DNA of 64,000 nt. It comes from a virus. Where the stretch lies: the UHGV virus genome UHGV-1372970; one strand, 5' to 3'. Each line of letters begins with the position of its first letter. The first letter of the stretch is position 1. Shown here in pieces: positions 56,801-64,000 of the stretch. A model generated the notes under the pieces. It searched no databases. It was given only the letters and a program-made list of their open reading frames with translations, and was not told the DNA's origin. Made by a program: the position numbers and the translations under genes.

Positions 56801-58486
56801 CTATGCTCTTTTGAAAACGAATACTGCGACTGTGATGCCGGTGTCCTCGAACTCACCTGAGAACTCTCGGCCTGATTTAGCGCAAACGAACTGATTACCT
56901 ATCCATTCTTCCGGCTTGTAACCGGCTGGCAGGACTGCGGCCATAATTCCTTTTTCGTTGAGATGGTTAAGCGCGGTTAGCGTGTGCTCTTTTGCTCGAC
57001 CTTCCGAATACGGTGGGTTGATGGCGATCTTGTCGTAGTCGTAAGGCAGCTGCTTTGACCAGTCGATAAAGTCTTTATTGTGAACGCTGTACCCTTTGGC
57101 CGAGAGGATGTCGCAGAACAATGGCGACACTTCTACGCAGGTCACATTCTCCGGTGTCGCGTTGAGAAATGTCAGCAAATCACCACGGCCGGCTGACGGC
57201 TCAAGTACGCGGTCAGTGGGTGTGCATTTCAGGATCTGCGCTACGTATTGAGCGATTGATTCCGGTGTCGGGTAGAACTGGTGTGACTTAACCTCTGGAA
57301 TGAGGCCCATTGACACGATACTGTCGAATGTCGCGGTTGGCTCATACGGGAACAACCAGCTGCCTCTCTCCTTCACACCACCGATAAATCTCAGAGTGCG
57401 TTCAAGGTCTTCTATTTGAGCCTTTTGCAGTGACGAATCGGAGAAGTACCACGTACCGTCTTTACTACTATGGCGACGATCACGAATGACGCCTCTGGTT
57501 CTTTCCGATACGGTCTTCTGGATGTAGCCGAACTCTTTTGGTGCCTTAGTTGTTGGCGCCTTGCGACATGGTGCCGGTATTGCTGCAGGCATACTATGGG
57601 CCAGCACCTCATTCAGCTTCCAGGCGACGTCCGGGTGGATCTCAAAGTGTGCGTTTCCGTTTTTGAAGATTTTGACGCGCATTAAATTGCCATCGACATT
57701 CATCCATTTCCCGGTTTCGCAACCATGCGCTCTGTAAGCCGCTGAGAGCATCTCAGAGCAACGATTAAGGGTAATGAACTCCTTGTGGGCAAAAAAGTGC
57801 AGCATGACGCGCAGGTCGTCAATGACGTCCGATTTGTGGTAATTCAGGGAAACACTTTCGTTCCAAAAGTCAGTGACACAGTAAGAGATGATCAGCTTCT
57901 CGCTAAAGCCGTATGTTTTATTGGTCTTGTGGGTCGGGCTTAATGCCTTAAACAGACCATAGACACGCTCTGCCAGATATTTATGGCGGTCATTGAGTAA
58001 CGTCGTCATCGTTGGGATAACAGTGTCCGCGGTGAACTCGGGAACGCCAACGAACTCCTCAACTCTACGCTCAAAGCCGCCGCGGTCTTTTTTTACCGTC
58101 TTTTGCACGCCTAACGTGAACTGACTGCGCCACTGATCTCGGCGCTCAGCTGGCATGATTAACAGTGCGCCTGTCATATCCGTCACCTTATGCCAGTATT
58201 CCGCCCAAATGTTCTGCTTCACGAAATCAAGGTTAACGGCGTTCAGCTGAGAGACGTTACGGAAGTTTTCATCATTCGGGCGGCGGCTCAGTACCTGCAG
58301 ACGATTAATCATCGAGACACGGTCGCTAGAGTAAACAAAATCATGCACCTGGTTCATCAGGGATATTTCGTTTTCACACTCAGCGACAATATCGTGAATG
58401 ACATTCATTTCCTTACGGAAGTCGACAGCGCCGGTTGTGCTACTGATGGTTGCTACGGCAGTTGACATGGTCATTTCCTTAAACAA
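56801..58486 (-). CDS. Two-domain protein: large N-terminal domain of unknown function plus C-terminal N6-adenine DNA methyltransferase (probable start MSTAVAT at about 58465)
   Basis: C-terminus has SAM motif I VLEPSAGRGDLL, ...QFYPTPESIA... and catalytic motif IV NPPY (INPPYSEG). The N-terminal roughly 370 aa has no catalytic motif I can name. Confidence 0.6.
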   Translation of the reverse strand: MFKEMTMSTAVATISSTTGAVDFRKEMNVIHDIVAECENEISLMNQVHDFVYSSDRVSMINRLQVLSRRPNDENFRNVSQLNAVNLDFVKQNIWAEYWHKVTDMTGALLIMPAERRDQWRSQFTLGVQKTVKKDRGGFERRVEEFVGVPEFTADTVIPTMTTLLNDRHKYLAERVYGLFKALSPTHKTNKTYGFSEKLIISYCVTDFWNESVSLNYHKSDVIDDLRVMLHFFAHKEFITLNRCSEMLSAAYRAHGCETGKWMNVDGNLMRVKIFKNGNAHFEIHPDVAWKLNEVLAHSMPAAIPAPCRKAPTTKAPKEFGYIQKTVSERTRGVIRDRRHSSKDGTWYFSDSSLQKAQIEDLERTLRFIGGVKERGSWLFPYEPTATFDSIVSMGLIPEVKSHQFYPTPESIAQYVAQILKCTPTDRVLEPSAGRGDLLTFLNATPENVTCVEVSPLFCDILSAKGYSVHNKDFIDWSKQLPYDYDKIAINPPYSEGRAKEHTLTALNHLNEKGIMAAVLPAGYKPEEWIGNQFVCAKSGREFSGEFEDTGITVAVFVFKRA

Positions 58487-58499
58487 TTTGTTTTCTTAT
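58476..58499. promoter_or_regulatory. Early operator element (reverse orientation) CCTTAAACAATTTGTTTTCTTATG in the MTase 5' leader. A second copy lies at 58526-58548.
   Basis: Family element located between the SD/start codon of the MTase gene and the upstream promoter. Confidence 0.5.
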
Positions 58500-58571
58500 G
58501 CTAGTTATTATCTCAAACAATAAAAGGCGATAAACAAATTATTTAAGGCAATGAAAAGACCGCCTAGGCGG

Positions 58572-59222
58572 TCATGGGATAGATTGTTTATTGAGGCTAT
58601 TCCACTTATTCATCAACTCGGCATTGCGCTGATCTGACTTGCTAAAGAGCTTTTCTGGCAGTTGGGAAAGGCTGGTTGCTATCGTTTTCTCGGCTTCAAT
58701 CAGAAGAGGGTGATCTCCGCTTCTGTTTTCGATCTCTTCGACTGATGCACCTATGTCCTTGCCGACGAACAGCACTCTCAATATAAATGCCTTTTCAGCC
58801 AGATATTGCGCCGCAAATTTTTGGTCATGCTTAACAATTGACCGAGTATTGTGGACAATATCTGCCAGCTTAATAACTCGACTTTGCATGTCCAGGCGCT
58901 CCTGCAGAGCGGTGACGTTGATGAAGAATCTCGCCTCACGATTACCGTCTTCTGACTTTGCCTTGTTGCTTAGTGCATCTATCATCTCAGCAACGCGCTC
59001 CCCGAACAGCTCGAAAAGGTGGCCGAATGTTACGTCCGTGTCTTCGATAGTGTCATGTAGTAGCGCTGCGGCGATCATTTCCTCCGTGCCGCCGTGGTTG
59101 CGAACAATCTCTGCTACAGCCGCTGGGTGCGAGATATAGTCCTCTCCGGTGTATTTGCGCTTTTGGCCTACCCCTGCATGAGCGCCGGCCGCAAACATAT
59201 AGGCTTTATCGACAATGTTCAT
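58572..59222 (-). CDS. HD-domain hydrolase of the RelA/SpoT (p)ppGpp-hydrolase type (small alarmone hydrolase-like)
   Basis: ...YISHPAAVAEIV...EMIAAALLHDTIEDTDVT... matches the His-Asp / HDxxED motifs of Rel/SpoT/Mesh1 hydrolase domains. 216 aa with no synthetase domain. Confidence 0.55.
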   Translation of the reverse strand: MNIVDKAYMFAAGAHAGVGQKRKYTGEDYISHPAAVAEIVRNHGGTEEMIAAALLHDTIEDTDVTFGHLFELFGERVAEMIDALSNKAKSEDGNREARFFINVTALQERLDMQSRVIKLADIVHNTRSIVKHDQKFAAQYLAEKAFILRVLFVGKDIGASVEEIENRSGDHPLLIEAEKTIATSLSQLPEKLFSKSDQRNAELMNKWNSLNKQSIP

Positions 59223-59479
59223 ACCAGCTTCTCTCTGATGGCGGCTTTAATCTGGTCGCCGCTCAAAATATTCAGTTTTTGGTCATAGAAAACAGCCTCG
59301 CCAGTTTTGGACTCATGCTGTGAAATAACACCGTAACCATACTTTTCTAACGAGTCCAGTCCGCTCTGGGCTATACGGTAGGAGTAATCGCGCCCCCATG
59401 TTGCATCATTACGTCCTTCAAACCGGGCGTGCTTGTAGTGTTCACGGATGAACAGATAGTGTTTCTGTCTGAATATCAT
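59219..59479 (-). CDS. Hypothetical small early protein, 86 aa
   Basis: ORF track. Start overlaps the HD hydrolase stop. Confidence 0.4.
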   Translation of the reverse strand: MIFRQKHYLFIREHYKHARFEGRNDATWGRDYSYRIAQSGLDSLEKYGYGVISQHESKTGEAVFYDQKLNILSGDQIKAAIREKLV

Positions 59480-59596
59480 GCGTATTGTTCCATTGTTTTC
59501 TTATGCTTATTATTTTCACACACAAGAAAAGGCAGTAAACAAGTTGTTTGGTTATTTTATTAGGCTGTAAAATGCTTTAGGACTGAAACCGGGCGA

Positions 59597-59914
59597 TTGC
59601 AAAGGGATTATGCAATGGGATTCGGTCTCCAATGCTGGGACGAAAACGGCAATCTTGTCGTGGATACCAGCGATTACAACTGCCGGTACATCGGCACGTA
59701 CAGTGTGAAAATGAATGGGAGCGATAGCTCTGTTACCCAAGGGGTCTCTGGCATTAGCTCAGGAAACTCCTTTGCTGTTGTTGTTGCAGGCTCGTGGGGT
59801 TCCGGGTTTAACGAGGTTTACTGCGTCACCAGCGACAATGCCTTTACGCTCTTCTCGGCCTCCGGCAATCACACTGAACAGACGTTCACGGTAGAAGTTT
59901 ATCGATATGCTTAG
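59597..59914 (+). CDS. Hypothetical beta-rich small protein, plus strand. Paralogous N-terminus to the next gene.
   Basis: MGFGLQCWDENGNLVVDTSDY... versus YGFEVYNDAGALQLDSENKT... in the downstream ORF. Opposite strand to all neighbouring genes. Confidence 0.4.
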   Translation: MQRDYAMGFGLQCWDENGNLVVDTSDYNCRYIGTYSVKMNGSDSSVTQGVSGISSGNSFAVVVAGSWGSGFNEVYCVTSDNAFTLFSASGNHTEQTFTVEVYRYA

Positions 59915-59923
59915 GGATAATGC

Positions 59924-60574
59924 ATGACATACGGATTTGAAGTTTACAACGATGCGGGGGCGCTGCAACTCGACTCCGAAAACAAGACGACGCTCTTCTC
60001 TGACATCAGAGACATCTCTGGCCTGACGGATATCGGCTATTACGCGATAGATAACCCTTTTGGGGGGAAATACCCGTTTGGTTTTTTGAAGCCGGCAGAC
60101 ATGCCGACATCCGGCTACCTGCATTGGTTTAGATTAAATGCCGGCGCCTTCGCTATGCCTGGGGCCTGGAGCTTTCAAAACAACAGCGGTCAGATAATCA
60201 GAACAACGCGCAACCTCAGTGTTGAAAGCGGATATCTCGACGTGAGGAACGGTAATGGGGATCTCATCTGGAGTGCCAAAAGCGCCAACCGTGTGCCAAG
60301 AATAAGAGGGTTCATAGACCTTCCGGCAAACTCGCCCGTTGATAGCCAGGTCATATCTTTCACGCCGGGCTTCAATCCGTGGATCCTGTTAAATGCGACA
60401 CCGGGCAACATATCTGACGACGGAGAGACCGTCGGCTATTCCGGTCTACTCATTCGATGGACAGGTTCACAAATACAGGTGAAGTATGCCCGCCAGAGAC
60501 AAAAGAGCTTCTCAGAGTCATTTGGTGGTAGGGGAGGGCTGCGTATCCCTTATGCTCTCTTTCCGGGATACTAA
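59924..60574 (+). CDS. Hypothetical beta-rich protein, 216 aa, plus strand
   Basis: ORF track. Followed by the terminator hairpin at 60576-60604. Confidence 0.45.
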   Translation: MTYGFEVYNDAGALQLDSENKTTLFSDIRDISGLTDIGYYAIDNPFGGKYPFGFLKPADMPTSGYLHWFRLNAGAFAMPGAWSFQNNSGQIIRTTRNLSVESGYLDVRNGNGDLIWSAKSANRVPRIRGFIDLPANSPVDSQVISFTPGFNPWILLNATPGNISDDGETVGYSGLLIRWTGSQIQVKYARQRQKSFSESFGGRGGLRIPYALFPGY

Positions 60575-60575
60575 T

Positions 60576-60604
60576 GAAAAGGGGCATCAGCCCCTTTTCA
60601 TTTC
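60576..60604. terminator. Bidirectional terminator hairpin GAAAAGGGGC-ATCA-GCCCCTTTTC
   Basis: Perfect 10-bp GC-rich stem flanked by A-run and T-run. Lies between convergent plus-strand and minus-strand genes. Confidence 0.6.
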
Positions 60605-60798
60605 TTCGAGTGATCTGGTTCGACATAGCGAGAAAGCACGTAACTTAGTGACTCACGCATGGACCCGGCGCCACAGTGCTTCTTTGCCACATCAGCAAGC
60701 TCAGAAACCAGTTCGCGATAGACGTGGGGCGGTAACTTCACCATAGGCTCTTTCATCAACTCAATTTTCCCGCATAGTAATATGGGACGATAACCCAC
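60598..60798 (-). CDS. Hypothetical small protein, 66 aa
   Basis: ORF track. Confidence 0.35.
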   Translation of the reverse strand: MGYRPILLCGKIELMKEPMVKLPPHVYRELVSELADVAKKHCGAGSMRESLSYVLSRYVEPDHSKK

Positions 60799-61049
60799 TC
60801 CGCATTCCAGTCGTTCACAACCTGCTGCGCTTCAGAAAGTGTTTTACGGTCTGCGGTAACTTCACCAGCTTTGTTCATGATGTGATAGCCGGCCGGGTTT
60901 GCCGAGGATGTGCTGAGTGACTCTTCCCGTAAACAGACTTCTCGAACGGGTATGCCGTTCTCTTTGGCCCGGTTGAAGGCTTCCAATGAGCAGTCTATCC
61001 AGGTATTTCCGCCATCATTTGCTTGACGAATTACTTTATTTTTAACCAT
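60756..61049 (-). CDS. Hypothetical small protein, 97 aa
   Basis: ORF track. Confidence 0.4.
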   Translation of the reverse strand: MVKNKVIRQANDGGNTWIDCSLEAFNRAKENGIPVREVCLREESLSTSSANPAGYHIMNKAGEVTADRKTLSEAQQVVNDWNAEWVIVPYYYAGKLS

Positions 61050-61201
61050 TTTCAGATCTCCACCACCAATAAATATTCAGATGCCACAGACAGAACGAGT
61101 AAAACGGCCCATCGTTCCAGAATCGGCCAAACCCCCATCGCGCCACGCGGCGTGGAATCCAGCTAATAGCAAGCCACCAGCCACCATGACGACCGGGGAG
61201 T

Positions 61202-61591
61202 TTAATTTTCAAGGAAATCTCCCTCATCTCGATCATGACGACGCTCGAAAGCGATAGTAAGACGCTCGCCTTTCTTCGGCTTCCCCGCATCAAGTCGCCA
61301 ATGCTTCATGTCACTGACGATTTGCTTTGTGAAATAGCCGTCTTTGTCGTCCTCTACAACAACATTCTCGACGCGACCGACTCGATTAACATCGTATTTC
61401 ACATGAACAGTACCGTACACACCGTGCTGATATGCGCGAACAGGGAATTTAACGGTGTTATCTGGTTTTATGCTGCATCCTGTCAGGGCGATCGCCAACA
61501 GGAGGTATGAAAACTTCATGAGGTCCTCCGTGACAAGAAGCGCAACCTTATCGCTGCGCCAATTGTTTATTTGTTTATTTGTTAAGGCCAA
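61202..61591 (-). CDS. Lipoprotein with TonB-C-like beta-rich domain (start probably MKFSYLL at about 61519, preceded by GGAGG)
   Basis: Lipobox LTGCS. ...GTVHVKYDVNRVGRVENVVVE... resembles the TonB C-terminal / energy-transducer fold pattern. Confidence 0.45.
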   Translation of the reverse strand: MALTNKQINNWRSDKVALLVTEDLMKFSYLLLAIALTGCSIKPDNTVKFPVRAYQHGVYGTVHVKYDVNRVGRVENVVVEDDKDGYFTKQIVSDMKHWRLDAGKPKKGERLTIAFERRHDRDEGDFLEN

Positions 61592-62075
61592 AGCGATTCT
61601 TCAGCTCGCGGATCTGAGCATTCGCGCCGGCCATTGCTCGCGTCTGGGCCAACTCAAAGGTATTCACGATGGTTTCGACGATGCGAAGAGCCTCTTCATG
61701 AGACATTTTATTAGCGTCTGCCTCGGGGGCTTTTTCTTTAACAGGCATCCAGCTCAGTGTCTCGTGCAGACGCTTGTTGTCTGCTTCAAGCTCTTTATTC
61801 TGGCTGGCGAAGTGAGCGATCAGAAGAAGCATGTTCGCGGGGTCAAGCAGACCAGCCTCGCCATAATGATCCAGTTGCAGCTTTAGCTTCAGTGCATCAG
61901 TTACAGAGTCAATTTCACCGGTTGCTAGAATCGCCAGCTCAGCAATTTCGTTTGCGTGAGACAGGGTTTGTTGGCGTTGAGCTTTAATTCGTTCACAGTT
62001 CTGGCACATGTATTTTCCTTTTTTTGTTTTGATAACAATTTGTTTTCTGATGTGGTTAATTATGGGCTGACCCAA
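61575..62075 (-). CDS. Hypothetical coiled-coil protein (start probably MCQNCERIK at about 62010)
   Basis: ORF track. Conserved leader catgtattttcc at about 62008. Confidence 0.4.
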   Translation of the reverse strand: MGQPIINHIRKQIVIKTKKGKYMCQNCERIKAQRQQTLSHANEIAELAILATGEIDSVTDALKLKLQLDHYGEAGLLDPANMLLLIAHFASQNKELEADNKRLHETLSWMPVKEKAPEADANKMSHEEALRIVETIVNTFELAQTRAMAGANAQIRELKNRFGLNK

Positions 62076-62096
62076 AAGGGGTCAGCCCATGTTTAA

Positions 62097-62876
62097 TCAG
62101 GCGATAGCTTTCTCTGCGGTCATCTCTTTTACGCTATCTCGACAGACGTCATGAGAGATTGAATCGACACGGATAATCCCGCGCTTGATAAGGAGTAGGG
62201 CGATAAAGCACAGACCTTTAAACGTAAATTTGGCCTGAGTATGGCCACCGACAACACTGGTTACGTTACGGCCCAGGCCGCGGTCAATGAACGTCTTCAA
62301 CAGCTGGCGTGGGGTCGTGGTGTATTTGCGCTTAACGAACACACCTCCTGCCATTTCCATGCACGATGCCATTACTGCGCCAGAAGTACCTAGGATGCGG
62401 CCAGGTTCATTAACGCCGTACAGCTGATCTGCAGTGCCGGCCAGTCGGTCCATAAGAACAGCCTTCGGACTCGCTACGCTGAGTGCCTCACCCAAAGCGA
62501 CATTCTCATCAGTCAGCCGCTCATTTTCTTCAACCTGAGCAACAAGGTGGATCAGCGCCTCTTTATAGGTACGTGGCAGAGCCGGTTCTTTTACAGCCTT
62601 CTCAAGCTCAAGCCAGCGGTCTACCAGACGCGCCGTGAACTCTGGACTTAGCTGGGCTACAACGATAATGCTGTCTCGCTTCCCCATCTCCCCGGAGAAC
62701 ACGAAAAACGTCGCGGAGCGGCCTGCCGTGGGCTTTTCCCCCATTGGGGGAGAAGTTATAACGCCGCGTTTTACAAGTCTTTCGATGGACTGCTTGACCT
62801 TGTCATGGCGATTTCCGATCAGCTCGGCAATATCCATGCTGGTCATCGTTGCTGTGGTGATGCTTAATTCTTTCAT
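62097..62876 (-). CDS. Rha-family phage regulatory protein (N-terminal Rha/Bro-like DNA-binding domain plus C-terminal KilA-C/ORF6C-like domain)
   Basis: ...TSMDIAELIGNRHDKVKQSIERLVKRGV... matches the Phage_pRha N-terminal motif. Confidence 0.55.
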   Translation of the reverse strand: MKELSITTATMTSMDIAELIGNRHDKVKQSIERLVKRGVITSPPMGEKPTAGRSATFFVFSGEMGKRDSIIVVAQLSPEFTARLVDRWLELEKAVKEPALPRTYKEALIHLVAQVEENERLTDENVALGEALSVASPKAVLMDRLAGTADQLYGVNEPGRILGTSGAVMASCMEMAGGVFVKRKYTTTPRQLLKTFIDRGLGRNVTSVVGGHTQAKFTFKGLCFIALLLIKRGIIRVDSISHDVCRDSVKEMTAEKAIA

Positions 62877-63064
62877 TCGTTCTCTTCAACAAAAAGGAGC
62901 CGAAGCTCCTTATATTGTTTTGGCGCCTTTAATCAGCAAAGGCAGTAATAAAGTGATGCCAGTAATAACCAGCACCCCATCCGCAGCCACTGATAAAATC
63001 CGGCTGGTGAAGTCCACCAGCACAGACAGAACCAGCAGCGCCAGCGCGACGCTGACGCGGACCA

Positions 63065-63490
63065 TCACAGGTACTGATCCAGAGACAGTTGCAGTGCCTG
63101 GGCAATTTTCTTCAGCATCAGTTCTTCTTTCTCATCGATGCCGTCGTTATCAGCGATGTCCAGGCACAGGCACAGAACATCGACCGCATCAGTGGTTCCA
63201 GCTACATCGGCCAGCTGACGCATAGCTTCAGCGTTAGCGGAGCGCGGGGAAGCTTCGTAGCGTGAACGAATATTTGAACTCATTTGGGCGATTTCGCCGG
63301 CAAACGGAGAGAAAGAGGGCAGTGCGGAGATGGTCTTCTCCAGAACGCTAATTTCTTTAGCATCGCAGGTGCCGTCGGCATATGCGATCGCATAGGCGCC
63401 CCACACGGTGGCTTCTACTGCATCGCGGTTTTCCATCTTTTTGACTTCAACAGCGGCTTTACGAACTTTCTTTTTAAAAATACCGAACAT
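63065..63490 (-). CDS. TerB-like (tellurite-resistance TerB domain) protein
   Basis: ...AYAIAYADGTCDAKEISVLEKTI...LCLCLDIADNDGIDEKEELMLKKIAQALQLS fits the TerB helical-bundle pattern (paired acidic metal-binding motifs). Confidence 0.5.
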   Translation of the reverse strand: MFGIFKKKVRKAAVEVKKMENRDAVEATVWGAYAIAYADGTCDAKEISVLEKTISALPSFSPFAGEIAQMSSNIRSRYEASPRSANAEAMRQLADVAGTTDAVDVLCLCLDIADNDGIDEKEELMLKKIAQALQLSLDQYL

Positions 63491-63547
63491 GTGATTTCCT
63501 TTGTTTTCTTATTTTAGAAAATAATTTGTTTTCTACTTCAGGCTGTG

Positions 63548-63994
63548 TCAGTCACAACCGAAGAAGCTGGACGACGAATCGGAGCATCCAGAGTCATACC
63601 CTCCAGTGTCGCCGCCGGAGTAGTGGTGGTGATGTCCGTGGCTGTGGTGATATGACGGGGCCGGATCGTCTGCAATGGTGTTGATGGGCGAACTGTAGTG
63701 CTGGGTGCGGGACTCAGAGCCTGACTTACTGGAACCAGAACGAAAGGAGCTAACACCAGAACGCAAATCGCCAGGGCGAGAGGCTGAAGCCGCTTTCTCT
63801 GGTACTTTTCCACGAATAGGGTCCTTGATAGATTGCGCGCTCTCTAGGCCTGCAGTCAGCTGAGAGATCGTAGCTGCTTGATTGCTAACGACGCGCTCAA
63901 GCATCTCGATACGCAGATTTTGGGCATCCAGGCCTCTGGCAATCAGCCTAATCTGCTGTTCGAAACGCTTGCTTGGGAATAGGAGACTGAACAT
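63548..63994 (-). CDS. Hypothetical protein with coiled-coil N-terminus and His/Ser/Gly-rich C-terminus (HHSHGHHHHY)
   Basis: ORF track. Low-complexity, metal-binding-like tail. Confidence 0.35.
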   Translation of the reverse strand: MFSLLFPSKRFEQQIRLIARGLDAQNLRIEMLERVVSNQAATISQLTAGLESAQSIKDPIRGKVPEKAASASRPGDLRSGVSSFRSGSSKSGSESRTQHYSSPINTIADDPAPSYHHSHGHHHHYSGGDTGGYDSGCSDSSSSFFGCD

Positions 63995-64000
63995 AAAGCC

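Noticed and set aside
61042-61293. Trp-rich 83-aa minus-strand ORF overlapping the TonB-C-like lipoprotein gene
   Set aside because: Overlaps 61202-61519 by 90 nt in another frame. Bizarre composition (WWLAISW...YWWW). May be spurious; a shorter real product cannot be excluded.
1-64000. CRISPR array, rRNA or integrase/attachment site anywhere in the window
   Set aside because: The only repeat arrays are protein-coding repeats inside the J gene, terminator hairpins, and iteron-like 8-mers. None has repeat-spacer architecture. There is no rRNA-like conservation. No tyrosine/serine recombinase motifs are present in any ORF.

Overview
This window reads as a contiguous stretch of a large tailed dsDNA phage genome, siphovirus-like with lambda-type tail genes. 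Almost all genes are on the minus strand. No integrase, rRNA, tRNA or CRISPR array was recognised. From left to right the window holds five blocks.

(1) Replication and maintenance module, 1-6756. It contains a zinc-finger/TOPRIM primase, a DnaB-type helicase, and a ParA-family ATPase with a small partner protein.

(2) 7028-9651. A plus-strand type II toxin-antitoxin pair (DUF1778/RHH antitoxin with a GNAT acetyltransferase toxin). It is followed by a minus-strand lysis cassette in the order holin, endolysin with a C-terminal transmembrane anchor, i-spanin, and an embedded o-spanin lipoprotein.

(3) Complete late structural operon, 9734-41245, minus strand. Gene order is terS, terL, portal, scaffold, major capsid, Ig-like decoration, head-tail connector proteins, a lipoprotein moron, major tail (with an Ig-like ORF downstream in another frame), G/T chaperones, tape measure (1507 aa), M, L, K, I, a 4144-aa lambda-J-like central fibre, and a tail fibre with a C-terminal S74-type intramolecular chaperone domain. 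The J-like protein carries about 3000 aa of internally repeated coiled-coil and carbohydrate-binding-like modules.

(4) Accessory cluster upstream of terS, 41415-45130. It contains a wHTH protein, a GNAT-like protein, an HExxH metallopeptidase-like protein, a small ABC-type ATPase and two ParB-N-domain proteins. This is followed by a divergent plus-strand SF2 helicase and a low-GC four-gene moron island, 45196-49046.

(5) A long array of small early genes, 49644-63994, mostly minus strand. These include lipoproteins and secreted proteins, a DUF4942-like+N6-adenine methyltransferase, a RelA/SpoT-type HD hydrolase, a Rha-like regulator, a TerB-like protein and a His-rich protein. The array is interrupted by an ORF-free, strongly strand-skewed 1.4-kb segment that carries iteron-like direct repeats.

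Two different palindromic DNA motifs recur across the genome. A GCAGAAAACAAATTGTTTAAGGC-type element is found in at least 14 copies, all in early or replication regions, overlapping the -35 position of GATAAT promoters or sitting in 5' leaders. A TAAGTA...TACTTA palindrome lies 20-110 nt upstream of many late or structural genes.

All functional calls are from motif and architecture recognition by eye; no database search was possible. Coordinates that I adjusted by hand may be off by 1-2 nt.
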